This document shows, piece by piece, positions 1 through 13,100 of a stretch of 64,000 bases of DNA. The stretch covers positions 6,076,001 to 6,140,000 of the forward strand of contig JBHGNT010000007.1 of assembly GCA_043228905.1 (NCBI GenBank). Direction: 5' to 3'. The number at the start of each line of letters is the position of its first letter. The first letter of the stretch is position 1. The DNA comes from Azolla caroliniana (lineage: Eukaryota > Plantae > Polypodiophyta). The position numbers were made by a program, and so were the translations under genes. The notes under the pieces are model-generated. The model made no database searches. It saw only the letters and a list, made by a program, of their open reading frames with translations, and was not told the origin of the DNA.

Positions 1-242
1 ACCGGCAATGGAGCCGGTGATCCGGCGGCAGCCGGCAAAGTGACAGTGGCACACCGGCAACCGGTGATCCGGCGGAATTGACATCCGGCGGCGCACCGAC
101 TGCATCCGGCAGTAGCCACCGGTAACCGACGGCGCACCGACATCCGGCGCCGGTGAGACAACAACATCTAGTGGCAGCCACCGGCATCTAGCGGCCACCG
201 GTAATCGGCGGCATCCGGCGGCAGCCACCGGTAACCGGCGGT
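1..242. repeat. Degenerate CCGG-rich minisatellite-like tract
   Basis: Recurrent units such as catccggcggc and ccaccggtaaccggcgg. A related block recurs at 1180-1281. Confidence 0.7.
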
Positions 243-1179
243 GTCGCGAAGATTGTGGTTGTGTGTTGCAACCGCTGGGGTTCTGTGACTTGGGGATGAT
301 CGGGGTGAAAACGTGTAATCGCAAACGGTGCGATGACAAGAAGCCAATAAGGCAAGATAAATGCGACGTTGTCGCGAAAAGAATTTTACTTGTAAAACAA
401 CCACTTACAATATTTATTTGCCAAAAGTTACTTGGCAAGACTTGAACTCACAAACTCTATTTGAGAAGAAGTGTTTGAGATAGACCACTTCAATCTCTTT
501 GGTTTCTCTTTATTTGTCTTTGTCTTTCACTTTATATATACTAAATTTATATTACAAAATTTGATTACCAAAAAAATTATTTGAAGAGGATTCAAACTCA
601 CAACCTTTTGTTTACAAAGAGGCATTTGAGATACACCACTTTAACTTCTTCTTTTTCTTGTATTCACTTTCTTTTCTTTAACTGTTGTCATGATTTATGC
701 AGGCCACCATCTTCTTTGGCGAGCTCTGCATCCCATACCCACACGAGCTGCTTCACTCACTTTTCCTTCTCTTCCTTCTCCTTCTCCTCCTCCCTTCCCT
801 TTAGCCACCATAGGTGTGGCTTATATAGGGTGGTCAACTGCCCTACCATCCTCTTCAGGCGGTTGACAAACCGCCTCATGCAAGGCGGTTGTATTTTTAT
901 TTTATTTTATTTATTTATTGATGCTACAATTCAATTTTATAGTTCTATATTTAAGAAATTATAGAAATAGCCCTTATTTAATTTTGACTCCCCCTTTTGA
1001 CATAATTACATTTTTGTCCCAAGTAACATTAATCCTTCCGAAGCTTGTATCTTGGGCTTCTGAACTCCGATTCACGAACTGAAAATTCCTTCATGCTCCT
1101 TGTCATAAGCTCTAGATGGGAAATGTACTTCTATAGATTTTTGACATTGTTTTCACATCGTGAAGTGTCAACTTCACGA

Positions 1180-1281
1180 CAACGGCATTCGGCGCCGGTG
1201 AGACGACGACATCCGGTGAGGCGGCAACCACCGGTAACCGGCGGCATCCGACGACATCCGACGAACCGACATCCGACGACT
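1180..1281. repeat. Second copy of the CCGG-rich degenerate repeat
   Basis: cattcggcgccggtgagacgacgacatcc matches catccggcgccggtgagacaacaacatc at ~140-167. ccaccggtaaccggcgg is also shared. Confidence 0.65.
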
Positions 1282-1283
1282 AG

Positions 1284-1402
1284 ATAAATAAATATATAAA
1301 TATATACACACACATATATATATACATATACAAGGAGGGCAAGTAAGGATTCAAACCTTGCACCTCCAAGTTAGGAGTGAATTAGCTTACCACTAAGCCA
1401 TG
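1284..1402 (-). promoter_or_regulatory. tRNA-derived Pol III A-box/B-box element with TA-rich tail (SINE-like or LTR-embedded)
   Basis: Minus strand reads TGGCTTAGTGG (1400-1390), 32 nt, GGTTTGAATCC (1357-1347), then a (TA/TG)n tract. No complete cloverleaf is visible. Confidence 0.5.
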
Positions 1403-1850
1403 ACATTTAGTTGAATTTATATTTCTATCATTGTACTTTTACATGTAAATTCTCATACATGAGAGCTAAAATGAGTGACATGGTTATCATGCACCACTTG
1501 TAATACATGAGCGCCAAATGGCAAACATGCATTTTATGTATGTTAGAGCATCTATAAAAGAAGGGATGAAAAAGAAGAAGGGTTAGGCTCTTTTTGTTAT
1601 GAAATAAAGAAGAAGAAAATTCGTTATCGAATTGATCATGTAACTTGTTTCTTGAATATAAAGATAAAAGTTCAATCAATCTCTCTCAATCGAAAGTCAA
1701 GCGTTTAATCTCAACTTTTTTTTTTTCCCAACCTATCTTAAATACTTCCTCACTAAAGCTTATACCGACTTCGAATCCTTCTGGTTCAGAACCCCGGCGG
1801 TTCCGCCTCACGATCCGCGCCTAGTGACAGATCTTCACGACATAATAAAG

Positions 1851-1868
1851 TGGTGAACCCGACGTGAA
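1851..1868 (+). other. Primer binding site, tRNA-Trp type (element A)
   Basis: TGGTGAACCCGACGTGAA is complementary to the plant tRNA-Trp(CCA) 3' end as I recall it. The same motif follows the 5' LTR of B, D, E and G. Confidence 0.85.
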
Positions 1869-3112
1869 AGAGGTGGTAGGAAGGATCAAGTCGAGGATCA
1901 ACCGATACTTGGAGATAGCATCCTCAAGCAATCAAGCGGGAGAGCTCGAAAGGATGATGCTAATCATCGAGCAAATGATGAGATCTCGGGACAACGACGC
2001 GAGCGTGGAGAAGGCTGTCGATCGTGTCGTAGAGCTCGAGGGCCAATTCGATGGAAGGAACGTTACGAAGTTCCTTGATGCATATAGAAGGGAAATGAAT
2101 CAGAGGGACGTGTCCGAAGCATGTCAAATTGCAAGCTTCAAGAGAGTTGTCGCCAACAACATTCAAAGATGCGTCATCGAACTTCAAGAAGGTAAGACAA
2201 CATGGTCTGAGTTCGAGAAAACGATATTAGTGGAGTTCGCGACTGAAGACTCAACAAGGATGACTCGACATGCCCTGATGAAGTGGATAGAGAAGAAGAA
2301 TAAGAAGATGAGCGCCTCGAGGGTGTACGACGAATTCGACCAGATGTTTAGCTGTCTCCCCAACATGGATCAAGTGCTACTTGAAGAGGACAAGACTTTG
2401 TACTTCTTGAAGGCCGTGGACATGAAGGATAGACGGGAGTTGGGGACTCTTCTCGAAGATGATACCCAAGAGAACGGGCTTGTGGCGGACTGGGTTGCGG
2501 TAAAGAGAGCATGCAATAGGCTCGACAAGCGTCGTCAGTGGGTTGATGACACCGACTTGGTGGGATCGACTGTTACGGAGAAAGCAAGACCGCCGAAAGT
2601 AGTTGAGCCGCCAAAACAAAGTGACGTGGAATAAAAGAAGATTGGTGATGAAGTCATCGAAGAACTGGCGAAGAAGTTCGAGAAGGTCATGCTAGCCAAC
2701 ATGAATTGTCGGGGGCCCAAAGGAAAAGAGCCCTTTAGATGCGTGTGGTGAGATAGCATGGACCACATGAGAAGGGATTGTGCGAGCCTTCGAGAGGCGA
2801 TCCGATAAAATATCGTGTACATAGATGACAACATGATTTGCTCGAGCGAGACTAGAAGACCCCTACGGGTGAATTTCGGAAGAGGGGGAATGAAGAAAGC
2901 TATGGAGGATGCTGATGCGACTCATGTGGATGCGATGCACTATGCTGCGTCGGCCGGAATAAGAGTCAGGAAAGACAAGACTGAAGCTGCTAGAGCGGGA
3001 GCAAAGTTTTGGACTTCCGTTCTCGAATATGAGAAGAAGGGAAAAGTCACTTCGAATGAAGTAGAGCTTGTGGATCGAAGTGTACAAAGTATAACCGGAT
3101 GGTCGGATCCGG
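1864..3112 (+). pseudogene. gag: gag 5' part of element A
   Basis: Homologous to E gag (FDGRNVTKFLDAY; WVAVKRACNRLDKRRQW). Has in-frame stops and a decayed zinc knuckle near 2740-2780. Confidence 0.85.
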
Positions 3113-3755
3113 TGTCGCGTTGTTATGCGCGTACTTGTAGAAAGGGGCGGGACCATGGGGGTCTTGGACCAAGGAGCGAGAGAGAGAGAGAGACAAAGAC
3201 AGATTCACCGACATGTAGAAGCGAGAAAGAGAGATTTAGAACGTAATGCTTAATTATAATGACAGAGATTACAAACTCCGACAGTTACAACCAACAAAGC
3301 GGCGACGGACCCTACCCGGGGTCCCTACTCACGCACACCGACGACAGTCACACGACATAGAGAAACAAAAGGGGGAAAGGGAGCGACTCTGCTGGAAGCA
3401 CACGGGCTGTCCATGAAGCAGAGGCAGCGACCTCCCGACACCCGTAGAGAGCGACGATTTGCGTCCAAGAGAGAGAGCTCCGCCTTTCGTTCTGCAACAA
3501 CGCTCCTCCTCCTCCTCGCGCCCCGATACCCGTTTTCCCTTGTCCTCTTCCCTTTATACCCTGTCCCCCTTGACCGGGATACGCACAATCCCCCTTGACT
3601 GGGATACACACAATCCCCCTTTAATAAATACGTGCGGCTTTGTATTCACATCCACCGGTTCGTGTACGAAATATCAAGTCACGTGTCCATCTGTGTAAGG
3701 GCCGGTTTACGCGCTTTCTCTCCAATTCCGCCTGTGGCCGGTTTTCTTCATGACA
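3113..3755 (-). repeat. 3' LTR of B
   Basis: TGTCGCG...CATGACA, a direct repeat of 9490-10109 with an extra 25-bp tandem duplication. Confidence 0.95.
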
Positions 3756-3824
3756 TCCACCCCCACCAAACTGCGCATCCACCGGTATGCGCCAGAGACG
3801 GGTAGATATCAAAGAAACCATGTC

Positions 3825-6800
3825 TCACTCGTTGCTCTCCGATTCTCCGCCAGACCCGAACTGATCGTCGTTGTCGCTCCCGCTCGCAGGCTCCGGCTCG
3901 TCTTTGTACCGCTTTTTGAAAGCTTTGATCCGCTTTCCGGCAACCGCCACCGCTAACCGTGTCCTGTCGAGTTCCGCGAGGTGGTACGTGCCGTTGCCGT
4001 TCGCGCTTGTCACCATGTAGGGCCCGAACCATCTCCTAGCAAACTTTTGCACCGCCTTGTGCTGATTGTCGAGGCTGCTGTCATATACCAAGACCCAGTC
4101 GCCTTCCTCGATCTTCTTTGGTCGCAACCGGTGCGTCCGGTTGAACCGGGTCTTATTCCGCTCCCTTGCCGCTCACAGCTTTTCCTTCACCTGTATCACG
4201 TCCTCCGGCCTCCGCTCGAGTTGCCGAATCTGCGCTGCCAGCAACTCCTCCCGGCTCATTTCGTCCTTCCAATCTACCGCCGCCCATGAAGAAACCGTCC
4301 GTTCCACCGGCATGATCGGCTTTTGTCCGTACATTAGCTCCGCCGGCATAAATCCTGTCACCGAACTGTGCGTAGTCCAGTCCGCCCATAGCACATAAGG
4401 AAGGAGTCGCGGCCAATTCCCGACTTGCCCACCGCATGCACGCACCAACGCCTTTACAATCGGTCCGTGTCCACTTTCCACCTTTCCGTTCGCCTCCGGA
4501 TTGTACGCCGTGGTGAGGGAGAGTTTGACGCCTAGCCGGTCGAATAGCTCCTCGGCCTCCCGCGCATCCAGCTCTCCCCGGTCCGCCACGATCCTCCCGA
4601 CGCACCCGTACCGACACACTACTTCTTCGATCAGGAACCGGCATACCACCGCGGTTGTCTTGCATTGCAGTGCACGGCCTTCCACCTGGTTCGTTAAGTC
4701 TTCCCGTGCAAGCACCAGGTATCGCATCTGTCCTACCCCCATCGGCATCGTCACCAAGTCCACCATCCACTTGAAATGGACCGTAGGCGGGTAGGTCGGG
4801 TGTAGCTCGTCCCGGTGTCGGACTACGGAGTGCACCTGACAGCTTTCGCAAGTCGTTACGAACTGATGCATGTCCTGGTATAGCCCCAGCTACCAGTACT
4901 TCTCCTTCAGCTTCTTGAACGTGGCCTACGTTCCGCGGTGTCCGGCCCATGGGCTCTCGTGGAATGCCACCAGTAGTTTCCCCTGCTCTTCTTTCTTTGC
5001 CACTACTCGGAGTGGGATGCCACTTATCTTCTTTGGGTGTTTCCATATGCACCCGTCCCGCAGGAAGAATTGGTACGCCTTCCTTCGTATTTGGCTCGCC
5101 TCCTCTCTCGCCCATGCTGCGTCCGGCGTCATCGTCCGTAGGAACCTCCCGATTTGGAGCCACTCCCCGTCGTACCTGCTTTTGTCAAATTCGTTAAGTG
5201 CCGGAGTGTTCCCTTTTCTTCTTGTCATTACGTTAGCCGACCCGAAGAAGTCCTCGCCGACTTCTTCGTCTTCCGAAACCATGCCGTCTTCGTCGTTGAA
5301 CCTTGCCCTCGAAAGCATGTCGGCCATGGCGTTGTCCTTTCCGGAGATGTGCCGTATCTCCAGGTTCAGGGACTTAATGTACGCTATCCACCGGAGCATC
5401 GCTAGGTCCGGCGTCGCGCATCCGGAAACCATGCCGAGTATCGGCAGGCTGTCCGTCTCGATAATCACCTCCGTCCCAATCAGATAATCCTTGTCGGCCT
5501 TGACCGCCGAAACGACACCCCAAAGTTCGCGCTTAACTTGGGCGTACCCTCGCTGCCGCTCGCTCAATACGTTCGCCCCGAACCGGATCGGGAATGGTAC
5601 GTTTCCCTTGTCCTCCTGACTGATTACCCACCCGATCCTGGTCGGGCTGGTGTCCACCGTTACGCAGATGGGAACATCCTTGCCGTAAACCGCTTTACGG
5701 AGAGCCGGCGCTGCCGTAAGCGCCTGCTTTAGTCTCCGGACCGACTCCGTGTGCTCCGTCCTCCACTCAAAGCTATGCCCCTTTTTCAATAGTCCGTAGA
5801 GGGGTTCCATGACATGTGCGTAGTGCAGGATCCAGATGTGGTAGAACGCGCATGCCCCCAAGAATCTGCGGACCTCCGTGACCGTCCCGCAAACGTTCCT
5901 CATCGCGGAGATGGCCTCTACCTTTGCCGGAGACGGTTTCCTACCGTAAGGCCCGCACAGGTGTCCGACCACCAAGATCTCCGACTGTCTGAAGGCCTAC
6001 TTTTCCCCGGAGAAGGTGAGCCTCGCGCGCTCTAGTCTTTGCAGCACCTTCTCGCAGTCATCGATGTGGGACGCCACGAAATTCCGACATCCGTCCGGCC
6101 CGATTGCCTCGTCCTTTTTTTCCACCGGGCATCCCTTGATCAGGATGTCGTCTAAGAACGGCATGGTAATGTCCGGGATACAATCCCTGAGCACTTTGTT
6201 CATCGCATTCACCATGTGAGCCACTGAGTTCCTCCCTCTTTGTGGCAGGGTACACATCCGCACTAGGCCGAGAGGAGTCCGCATCGTCGTAATGTCTCTG
6301 CTCTCCATGGCTAGTTGGAACTGATCGTACCCCGAGTACAGATCACCGACAAAATAGATCGACCTTCCAGCGAAGGCCTCCACGAACTCGTCTATGGTCG
6401 GTCCGATCCTTGCATTACGGATGGTCACCTTGTTAACCGGTTGTAGGTCCTGGATGAAGCGCAGCGTGCCGTTCTTCTTCGGCACTGTAAACCACCGATT
6501 CGAATACGGGGCACTCGACGGTTCGAGGATGCCCATCTCCACCTTTTGCTTTAGGAGCTCCATCAACTTCGGGATGTGAGCTCTTGGCACCGGAATCGGC
6601 TTGAGATTCCACGGTACATGCGGTACTGTGAAGATCACCATCGGTTTGACAACTGTCGGGTCTACACACCCGATCTCCTCCGGTGAGAATGCGAAAGCCT
6701 TCCCATGCCTCCCGAGCATTCTCTGAAACCGGTCCTCCTCCGCCGGTAGTAGGAAGCCGCCCCCACCGACCTTGAGCTCCCGTAGCGTTATGTCGGTGAA

Positions 6801-7300
6801 CCGGTGCCCTATGCTAGCCGGATTTCGTAAACTTGGGTCCGACGCGACCCCTTTTATCTGCTCCTCGTTGCCCTCCGGCAAGGGTGCCGTGACTGGCCTC
6901 ACCTTCCGGTCCACAGTCTTGTATTTCGTATCCACGCGGGCTGTCCGATCCAACCCGATCCTTTACCCGAAGTCGGCGATGACTTTGTACATTCCTATTG
7001 ACCTTACCGGAACGGTCCGGTCTTCCCTAAGGTCTTCACGGATCACCTTTCGCAGTTCGCCCAAGGTGTCGTCAAAAGAGACTGCCTCCACGGCGTCGCT
7101 GATGTCCTCGTCGGGGAAGAGGACTCCGCATCCCCTGAACCGCTCCTCCGCTCGCTTCCTCTCCCTGCCGCTGCCGCTGGTTATAGTACAACCTCCGTTG
7201 TCGGAGAACCAAAATTTCCTACCTATGGTACAGGTCTTCTTCCGTACTGTGCATTCTTGGGGTTCTTCCCGGGTGTCCGGATTATCACGGCCCCATGCCT
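3825..7300 (-). pseudogene. pol: pol (RT-RNaseH-integrase) of B
   Basis: ORF pieces 5997-6953 (RT, FLDD), 4926-5975 (RNaseH, VDTSP), 4173-4871 (INT core, ADRGE...ANGKVE) and 3825-4127 (WFGPY), separated by stops. Confidence 0.93.
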
Positions 7301-7312
7301 TGACAGCCCTCT

Positions 7313-9445
7313 CTAAAAATCCCCTCGGGTTTCGCTGCCGAGGGCCTTGCGGTTACGCTCGTGGTTCGGTCTCACCGTTAGGAACTGGACCGAGTGACGC
7401 ACGTCCTGGCTCTTGACTCTTGCATAGGCTGAACCGATGTCCAGAACCTTGGTCTCCATCCGTGCCGTCGTGATATATGGCTCTCCTAGTATAACCGGAT
7501 GCGAGGACGTCTCCTGCACGAAGAAGTGCTGGTCGATCTCGACATCGCCGATTTTCACCCGTATGTTCGGACAGGCCCCATGTAGTTCTTCCGTGGCACG
7601 TGTCGCTGCCCGTATCTTCCAGTCATGCTTGGTGTTGATCGGCCATTTACCCTTCTTGTAGAAATCCATGGACATCAGGTTGATTTTGGATCCATGGTCC
7701 ACCAACACCACCATTGGTTCCAGAACGTTGCCGATCCGTACAAGGGTTTCCGTAGTCGCCCTGGCCCAATGCGGCTTCGTGTAGTGGCTTCCCGCCATCT
7801 CATCTTCCAAGGCTCCGTCTTCCAGGTGCGTGGTCCGCACTTCCACCGGCTTCTCCGGTTACGGCTCCGTCGAGAGCCTCTTACGCTTCACCAAGTCTAC
7901 GATAGAGTCGTGGAACTCCCTCTTGGCAATTCCCAGCACCTCCCGCAATGACAACTCCACTTTGATGTCGAGGATACGTTCCTCCAGGACCTTTCGCAGG
8001 TCTGTGGTCCTTTCGATCTCGGTGCTTAACCGAAACCCCGCCTGCTTCTTTCCGTCCGGTGCTCCCGGGTTGCCGGCACCGGTCGGTTTTGGTCCGAACC
8101 GGGTCTCATACCTCGGGGCCCCGACCCCTCCGGCCTTTCTTGCAAGTTTGTCCTCCACCAGAACCTCGTAGTTCTGGCAAGTGGCTTCTACGCAGTCCGT
8201 TTTCTCTTCCACCGGATCGTCCCAACCGGTGACCTCCTGGACCCGCTGTTTCGCGCGGTCCGCCTCTTCCTTCCTCAGCCGAACTCCGGAGAGGCCTTCT
8301 TGCACTAGCGGCCAGAATCCGGAGTCCTTCGCCTTCCGGGTCTCATCACCCCCGACCCGAATTCCTGCCGACACAGAGTAGTTAACGGCTTCGACGTGCC
8401 GTGCCGCGGCCTCTTCCATCAACCTCTTCATTCCACCGTGCCCCGTATTCAGTTCTAGGGCTCTCCGGGTCTCGCTCCCGTGCACCTGCCCGTTCCAGAG
8501 GTACACCACGTTGGTCCTGAGCGCGTCGGCGAAATCCGCGCAATCCTTTCGAATGTGACCGATCGCGTCACACCACATGCACCGCTGCCCAGCCGGTGGC
8601 CTCCGGTCGCGAGGTTGTTCACCGCTGTCTCTTTGGGCCTGCACGATCTGCAGGTCACGCACCATCTGTGTTAGCTCCTCCAGAGCCGCTCCTCCGGATG
8701 GGCCTCTGACCACATCGTTCGATGCCGACCCCGACTCTGGCCAGATTCGGGTCTCTTCCTTCCTCCCAGCCGGCATCAAAACTGGCTCCTCGAGCCTCCT
8801 CCTCGGGACCGGCCCCGACCCCGATGTGCTTCCGTCGCTCCAATCTCGCCGTTTGTCGAAACGGTTGCAGACCCGTTTTACCACGGCCCAGTCCGTTGTG
8901 AGCCCTTCGTCCGTTTCCAATAGGGATCCCACCTTTTCCCTATCGAGCGCATCCACCGACTTGACAAACAGCAGTACTCGACTTGTTTCGAGCACCGTCC
9001 GGTCCAACGTCGACAACCGCGCGAACCGTTTTTCGAACTCCTGGAGGAGCACCATCATGTTCCTCCCTTTTCCGGGGCTTTCCACCCACGCCATGAAGTC
9101 CCGCCTCGACAGCCGGAGCGAGTCGTCTAACCCGTACTTCTCGAGGAGCTGCAGCTCGAACTCCTCCCAAGTCTGGCATCCGGCCAGCACCTCGAGCACC
9201 TCCGCATGGATGCCCGGCGTCACCACCCGAGGGAATTCGGACAACCGCCTGTCCACCGGGATATCCCTCATGATCATTTTGGCCCGGCAAGCCTCCAAAT
9301 AACTTGTGGCGTCTTTCCCTCCGAAACGGCCTATAGAGCCGACGATCGATTCAATGGCTCTGTTGAGGGTACCCGTTCCCTCACGAGCGCTCACGAGCTG
9401 GTCGACGGCCACCGCCATTGCCTCTGCTAGCTCCGATACCCTCAT
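7313..9445 (-). pseudogene. gag: gag-protease of B
   Basis: CCHC knuckle CMWCDAIGHIRKDC and protease LVDHGSKIN. One in-frame stop at ~7859. Confidence 0.92.
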
Positions 9446-9489
9446 CTTTCGACTCCTTTGCCGCCCTTTCAGGTTGGGTTCACCAAAGA

Positions 9490-10109
9490 TGTCGCGTTGT
9501 TACGCGCGTACGTGCAGAAAGGGGCGGGACCATGGGGGTCTTGGACCGAGGAGCGAGAGAGAGAGAGAGACAAAGAGAGAGATTCACTAACACCTAGAAG
9601 CGAGAAAGAGAGATTTAGAACGTAACGCTTAATTATAATGACAGAGATTACAAACTCCGACAGTTACAATCGACAAAGCGGCGACGGACCCGACCCGGGG
9701 TCCCTACTCACGCACACCGACGACAATCACACGACACAGAAAAACAAAAGGGGGAAAGGGAGCGACTCTGTTGGAAGCACACGGGCTGTCCACGAAGCAG
9801 AGGCAACGACCTCCCGATACCCGCAGAGAGCGACGATTCGCATCTAAGAGAGAGAGCTGCACCTTTTGTTCTGCAGCAATGCTCCTCCTCCTCCTCGCGC
9901 CCCGATACCCGTTTTCCCTTGTCCTCTTCCCTTTATACCCTGTCCCCCTTGACCGGGATACGCACAATCCCCCTTTAATAAATACGTGCGGCTTTGTATT
10001 CACATCCACCGGTTCGTGTACGAAATATCAAGTCACGCGTCCATCCGTCTAAGGGCCGGTTTACGCGCTTTCTCTCCGATTCCGCCTGTGGCCGGTTTTC
10101 TTCACGACA
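9490..10109 (-). repeat. 5' LTR of B
   Basis: Direct repeat of 3113-3755, adjacent to PBS 9468-9485. Confidence 0.95.
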
Positions 10110-10113
10110 TCGG

Positions 10114-13100
10114 TGGACGACAACACCATACTCGTGGAGGTGATTGTGACAACCACGAGGTGTTCGTCGAAGAAAAGAGAAAAAGAATAGAAGAGCAAGG
10201 TCCATCAAAAAGACATGAAACAAGGAACGCGAGAAAGAAGGACGATGCGGAGACGAGTTGACCTTCACAAACGGAGGAACGAGAATCAAGCCGAAAGGGG
10301 AGTTGAGCATACGACTTGAAAAAACGGTTCGGCCCGTGAAGGTTGGTGTCGAAGACCCTGCTCGGAGGACAAGGACTATGCCTACCTATAAGCTAAGGTC
10401 GGACATAGAGCAGACGACGGACCTAAAGAAGATTCTCAAAGAACGAGTTCTTGATAGCCACGTAACTTTGTCCTTGAGGGAATTGCTTGGCATTACGAAG
10501 GAGTTCCATGACATGATCGTGGACCTTGTAAAGAGTAAAAGACAACAATCGGACGAGGAAGAAGAGAAGCCGCAAAAAGCAAAAACGAATGCCATAACGA
10601 TGGCAAGAGACGAAGTTGATGAAGATATGATGGACAGCCACTATACTCGACCTCATTGGGCACGAGCGACAACGGAGACGCCGGTGAAGATCGGGGAGAA
10701 GAAAGAGACCGTGGTAGCTTTGACTGACCACGGCTCAGAGATCAACCTCATGTCAACCGACTTCTACAAAAAAGGAAGATGGCCAATCAATACAAACCAC
10801 GGATGGAAGATTCGCGCGGCAACAAAGTCTACGGAGGACTTGTAGGGAGCTTGTCCCAATGTCAAAGTCACGATCGGCGATGTGGAGATGGATCAACACT
10901 TATTCGTACAAGAATCAGCGTCACATCCTGTCATCCTAGGACAACCTTATATCACATCATCTCGGATGGAGACCAAAGTGTTCGATAATGGAGTAGCCTT
11001 CGCACGAATAAAGAGTCTTGACAACCAAAGCTCGGTCCAATTCCTAACGGTGCGAGCAAATCATGAAAGGAATCGAGATAGTCTCGGAGGCGAATCCTCG
11101 GATTTTTAGAGCGGACTATTGAAGCATGGGGCACAAATAGTCCGAGCAATCACAAGACCCCACAAGTAAGAAGAGTGCATGGATTGCGAGGAGAAGCAAC
11201 ATGTGTCACACCTAGTGGCACATGTAAACTAGTACTACCTGACAAGAAGGACAAGCGTCGAATACAAGAATTCGAGAAGATGCTGAAAGAAGAAAACATA
11301 ATAGAAGAAGGAGAGTTTGTGATTCATATTATGTAAGAAGCCTCATTTAACGACACCATCGACGAAATCGAGGACGTCGTGGACTTGAGCTATCTTCACG
11401 ACCAATGCGTGATTTCGGTTAACTCCGTCAACATGTACGCTATCATCGATGAATACCGTCGTGGCATCTCGATGAAGGAAGTTGACATCAACATGAAATA
11501 TAAAATGGTGGATAAGAAGATCAAGCCAGTTGTGGTTCTGCTACGGGAAGATAGCTGGCAAAAGATGAAGGAAGTCGCTAACGATCCAAGCTTAAGAGAT
11601 CCGAAGACGATAGGTCATGTCTTCACCGAAGAGACGAAGGGGAAGCTACGAGTTGGAAAGGAGGATTTCCTTCTCCTTGGAGAGGAGCGAATGTTTCGCG
11701 ATATGCTTGAGAGATATGGGAAGGCTTTTGCATTCTTCCCACAAGAAATCGGATGTGCCGACCCAAAGGTTATAGAGCCGATGGTGATCTTCACGGTGCC
11801 TCATGTACCTTGGAATTTGAAACCGATACCGGTTCTGAGAGCACACCTTCCGAAGCTGATCGAGCTCTTAAAGGAGAAGGTGAGTATGGGAATTCTAGAA
11901 CCGTCGAATGCTCCTTATTCCAATAGGTGGTTCACGGTGCCGAAGAAGAATGGATCATTGCGATTCATCCAAGATCTTCAACCTGTCAACAAGGTGACAA
12001 TTCAAAATGCCGGAATCGGTCTGAGCGTGGACGAATTTGCTGAAGCGTTTGCGGGCTAGTCCATCTACTCCATTGGCGATCTCTACTCCGGATATGACCA
12101 ATTCCAACTGGCGATCGACAGTCGGGACATTACAACCATGAGGACTCCGATCGGGCTTGTGCAGATGTGTACCTTACCCCAAGGCGCAATGAACTTGGTG
12201 GCTCATATGGTGAATGCCATGAATAAAGTCTTGAAGGATTGCATCCTGGACAACACGATAAAAGGATATTCGGATAAAAGGATGTTCGGATGAGGAGAAA
12301 GATGAATCGAAAGATAAGGAAGGTTGTAGAAAGTTCGTTGCGGATCATATAAAAGATTGCGAGAAGGTGCTTCAAAGGCTCGAAGATGCAAATTTGACAT
12401 TTTCGGGAGAAAAATCCACATTCAGGCAACCAGAGATCTTGGTGGTAGGTCACTTATGTGGGGCATATGGCCGGAAGCCTTCGCCATACAAAGTGAACGT
12501 GATCCAAGACATGAAAGAAGAATGCGAAAATCAAACGGAGGTTAGAAGGTTCCTTGGAGCATGTGCATTTTATCATATCTGGATTCCGCACTACACTCAT
12601 GTCGCCGAACTGTTATATGGACTACTAAAGAAAAGAATGAAGTTCGAATGGCGAGACGAGCACACAAATGCGATGCGAAGATTGAAGAAACTGCTTCTTG
12701 AAGCTCTGGCACTGAGGAAGGCTGACTATGGCGAAGGGAAGCCGATTTATGTGACTGTAGATATGAGCCCAACCGGAATCGGGTGGGTCATCAACCAAGA
12801 AGGAGAAGATAATGCGCGATATGCCATCTGGTTTGGAGCGAAGGTTCTCAACGAACGACAACAAAAATACGCCCAAGTCAAGCGGGAACTTTGGGGTATT
12901 GTGTCAGCAGTGAAGACGAACAAAGATTACCTGATCGGGTCGGAAGTGATAATAGAGACAGATTGTCTCCCAATTCTCGGAATGGTCTCGGGATGTGCGA
13001 CCCCAGATCTTGCTATGCTAAGGTGGATCTCCTACATCAAGTCTTTAAGCCCAGAGATCCGTCACATTGCAAGGAAGAAGAACGCCATGGCTGACATGCT

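Larger units (their letters stand above)
3113..10109 (-). mobile_element. Element B: full-length, decayed tRNA-Trp gypsy retrotransposon nested in gag of A
   Basis: Paired LTRs 3113-3755 and 9490-10109. TSD CCGG (3109-3112) / TCGG (10110-10113). PBS 9468-9485. G-rich PPT ~3756-3767. Fragmented gag-PR and RT-RH-INT. Confidence 0.95.

Noticed and set aside
1-242. CRISPR-like array
   Set aside because: No constant repeat with unique spacers, no cas genes, and a eukaryotic context.
1851-1868. tRNA-Trp gene, also at 9468, 31564, 32365 and 58539
   Set aside because: Only the 18-nt 3'-end complement is present; these are primer binding sites.
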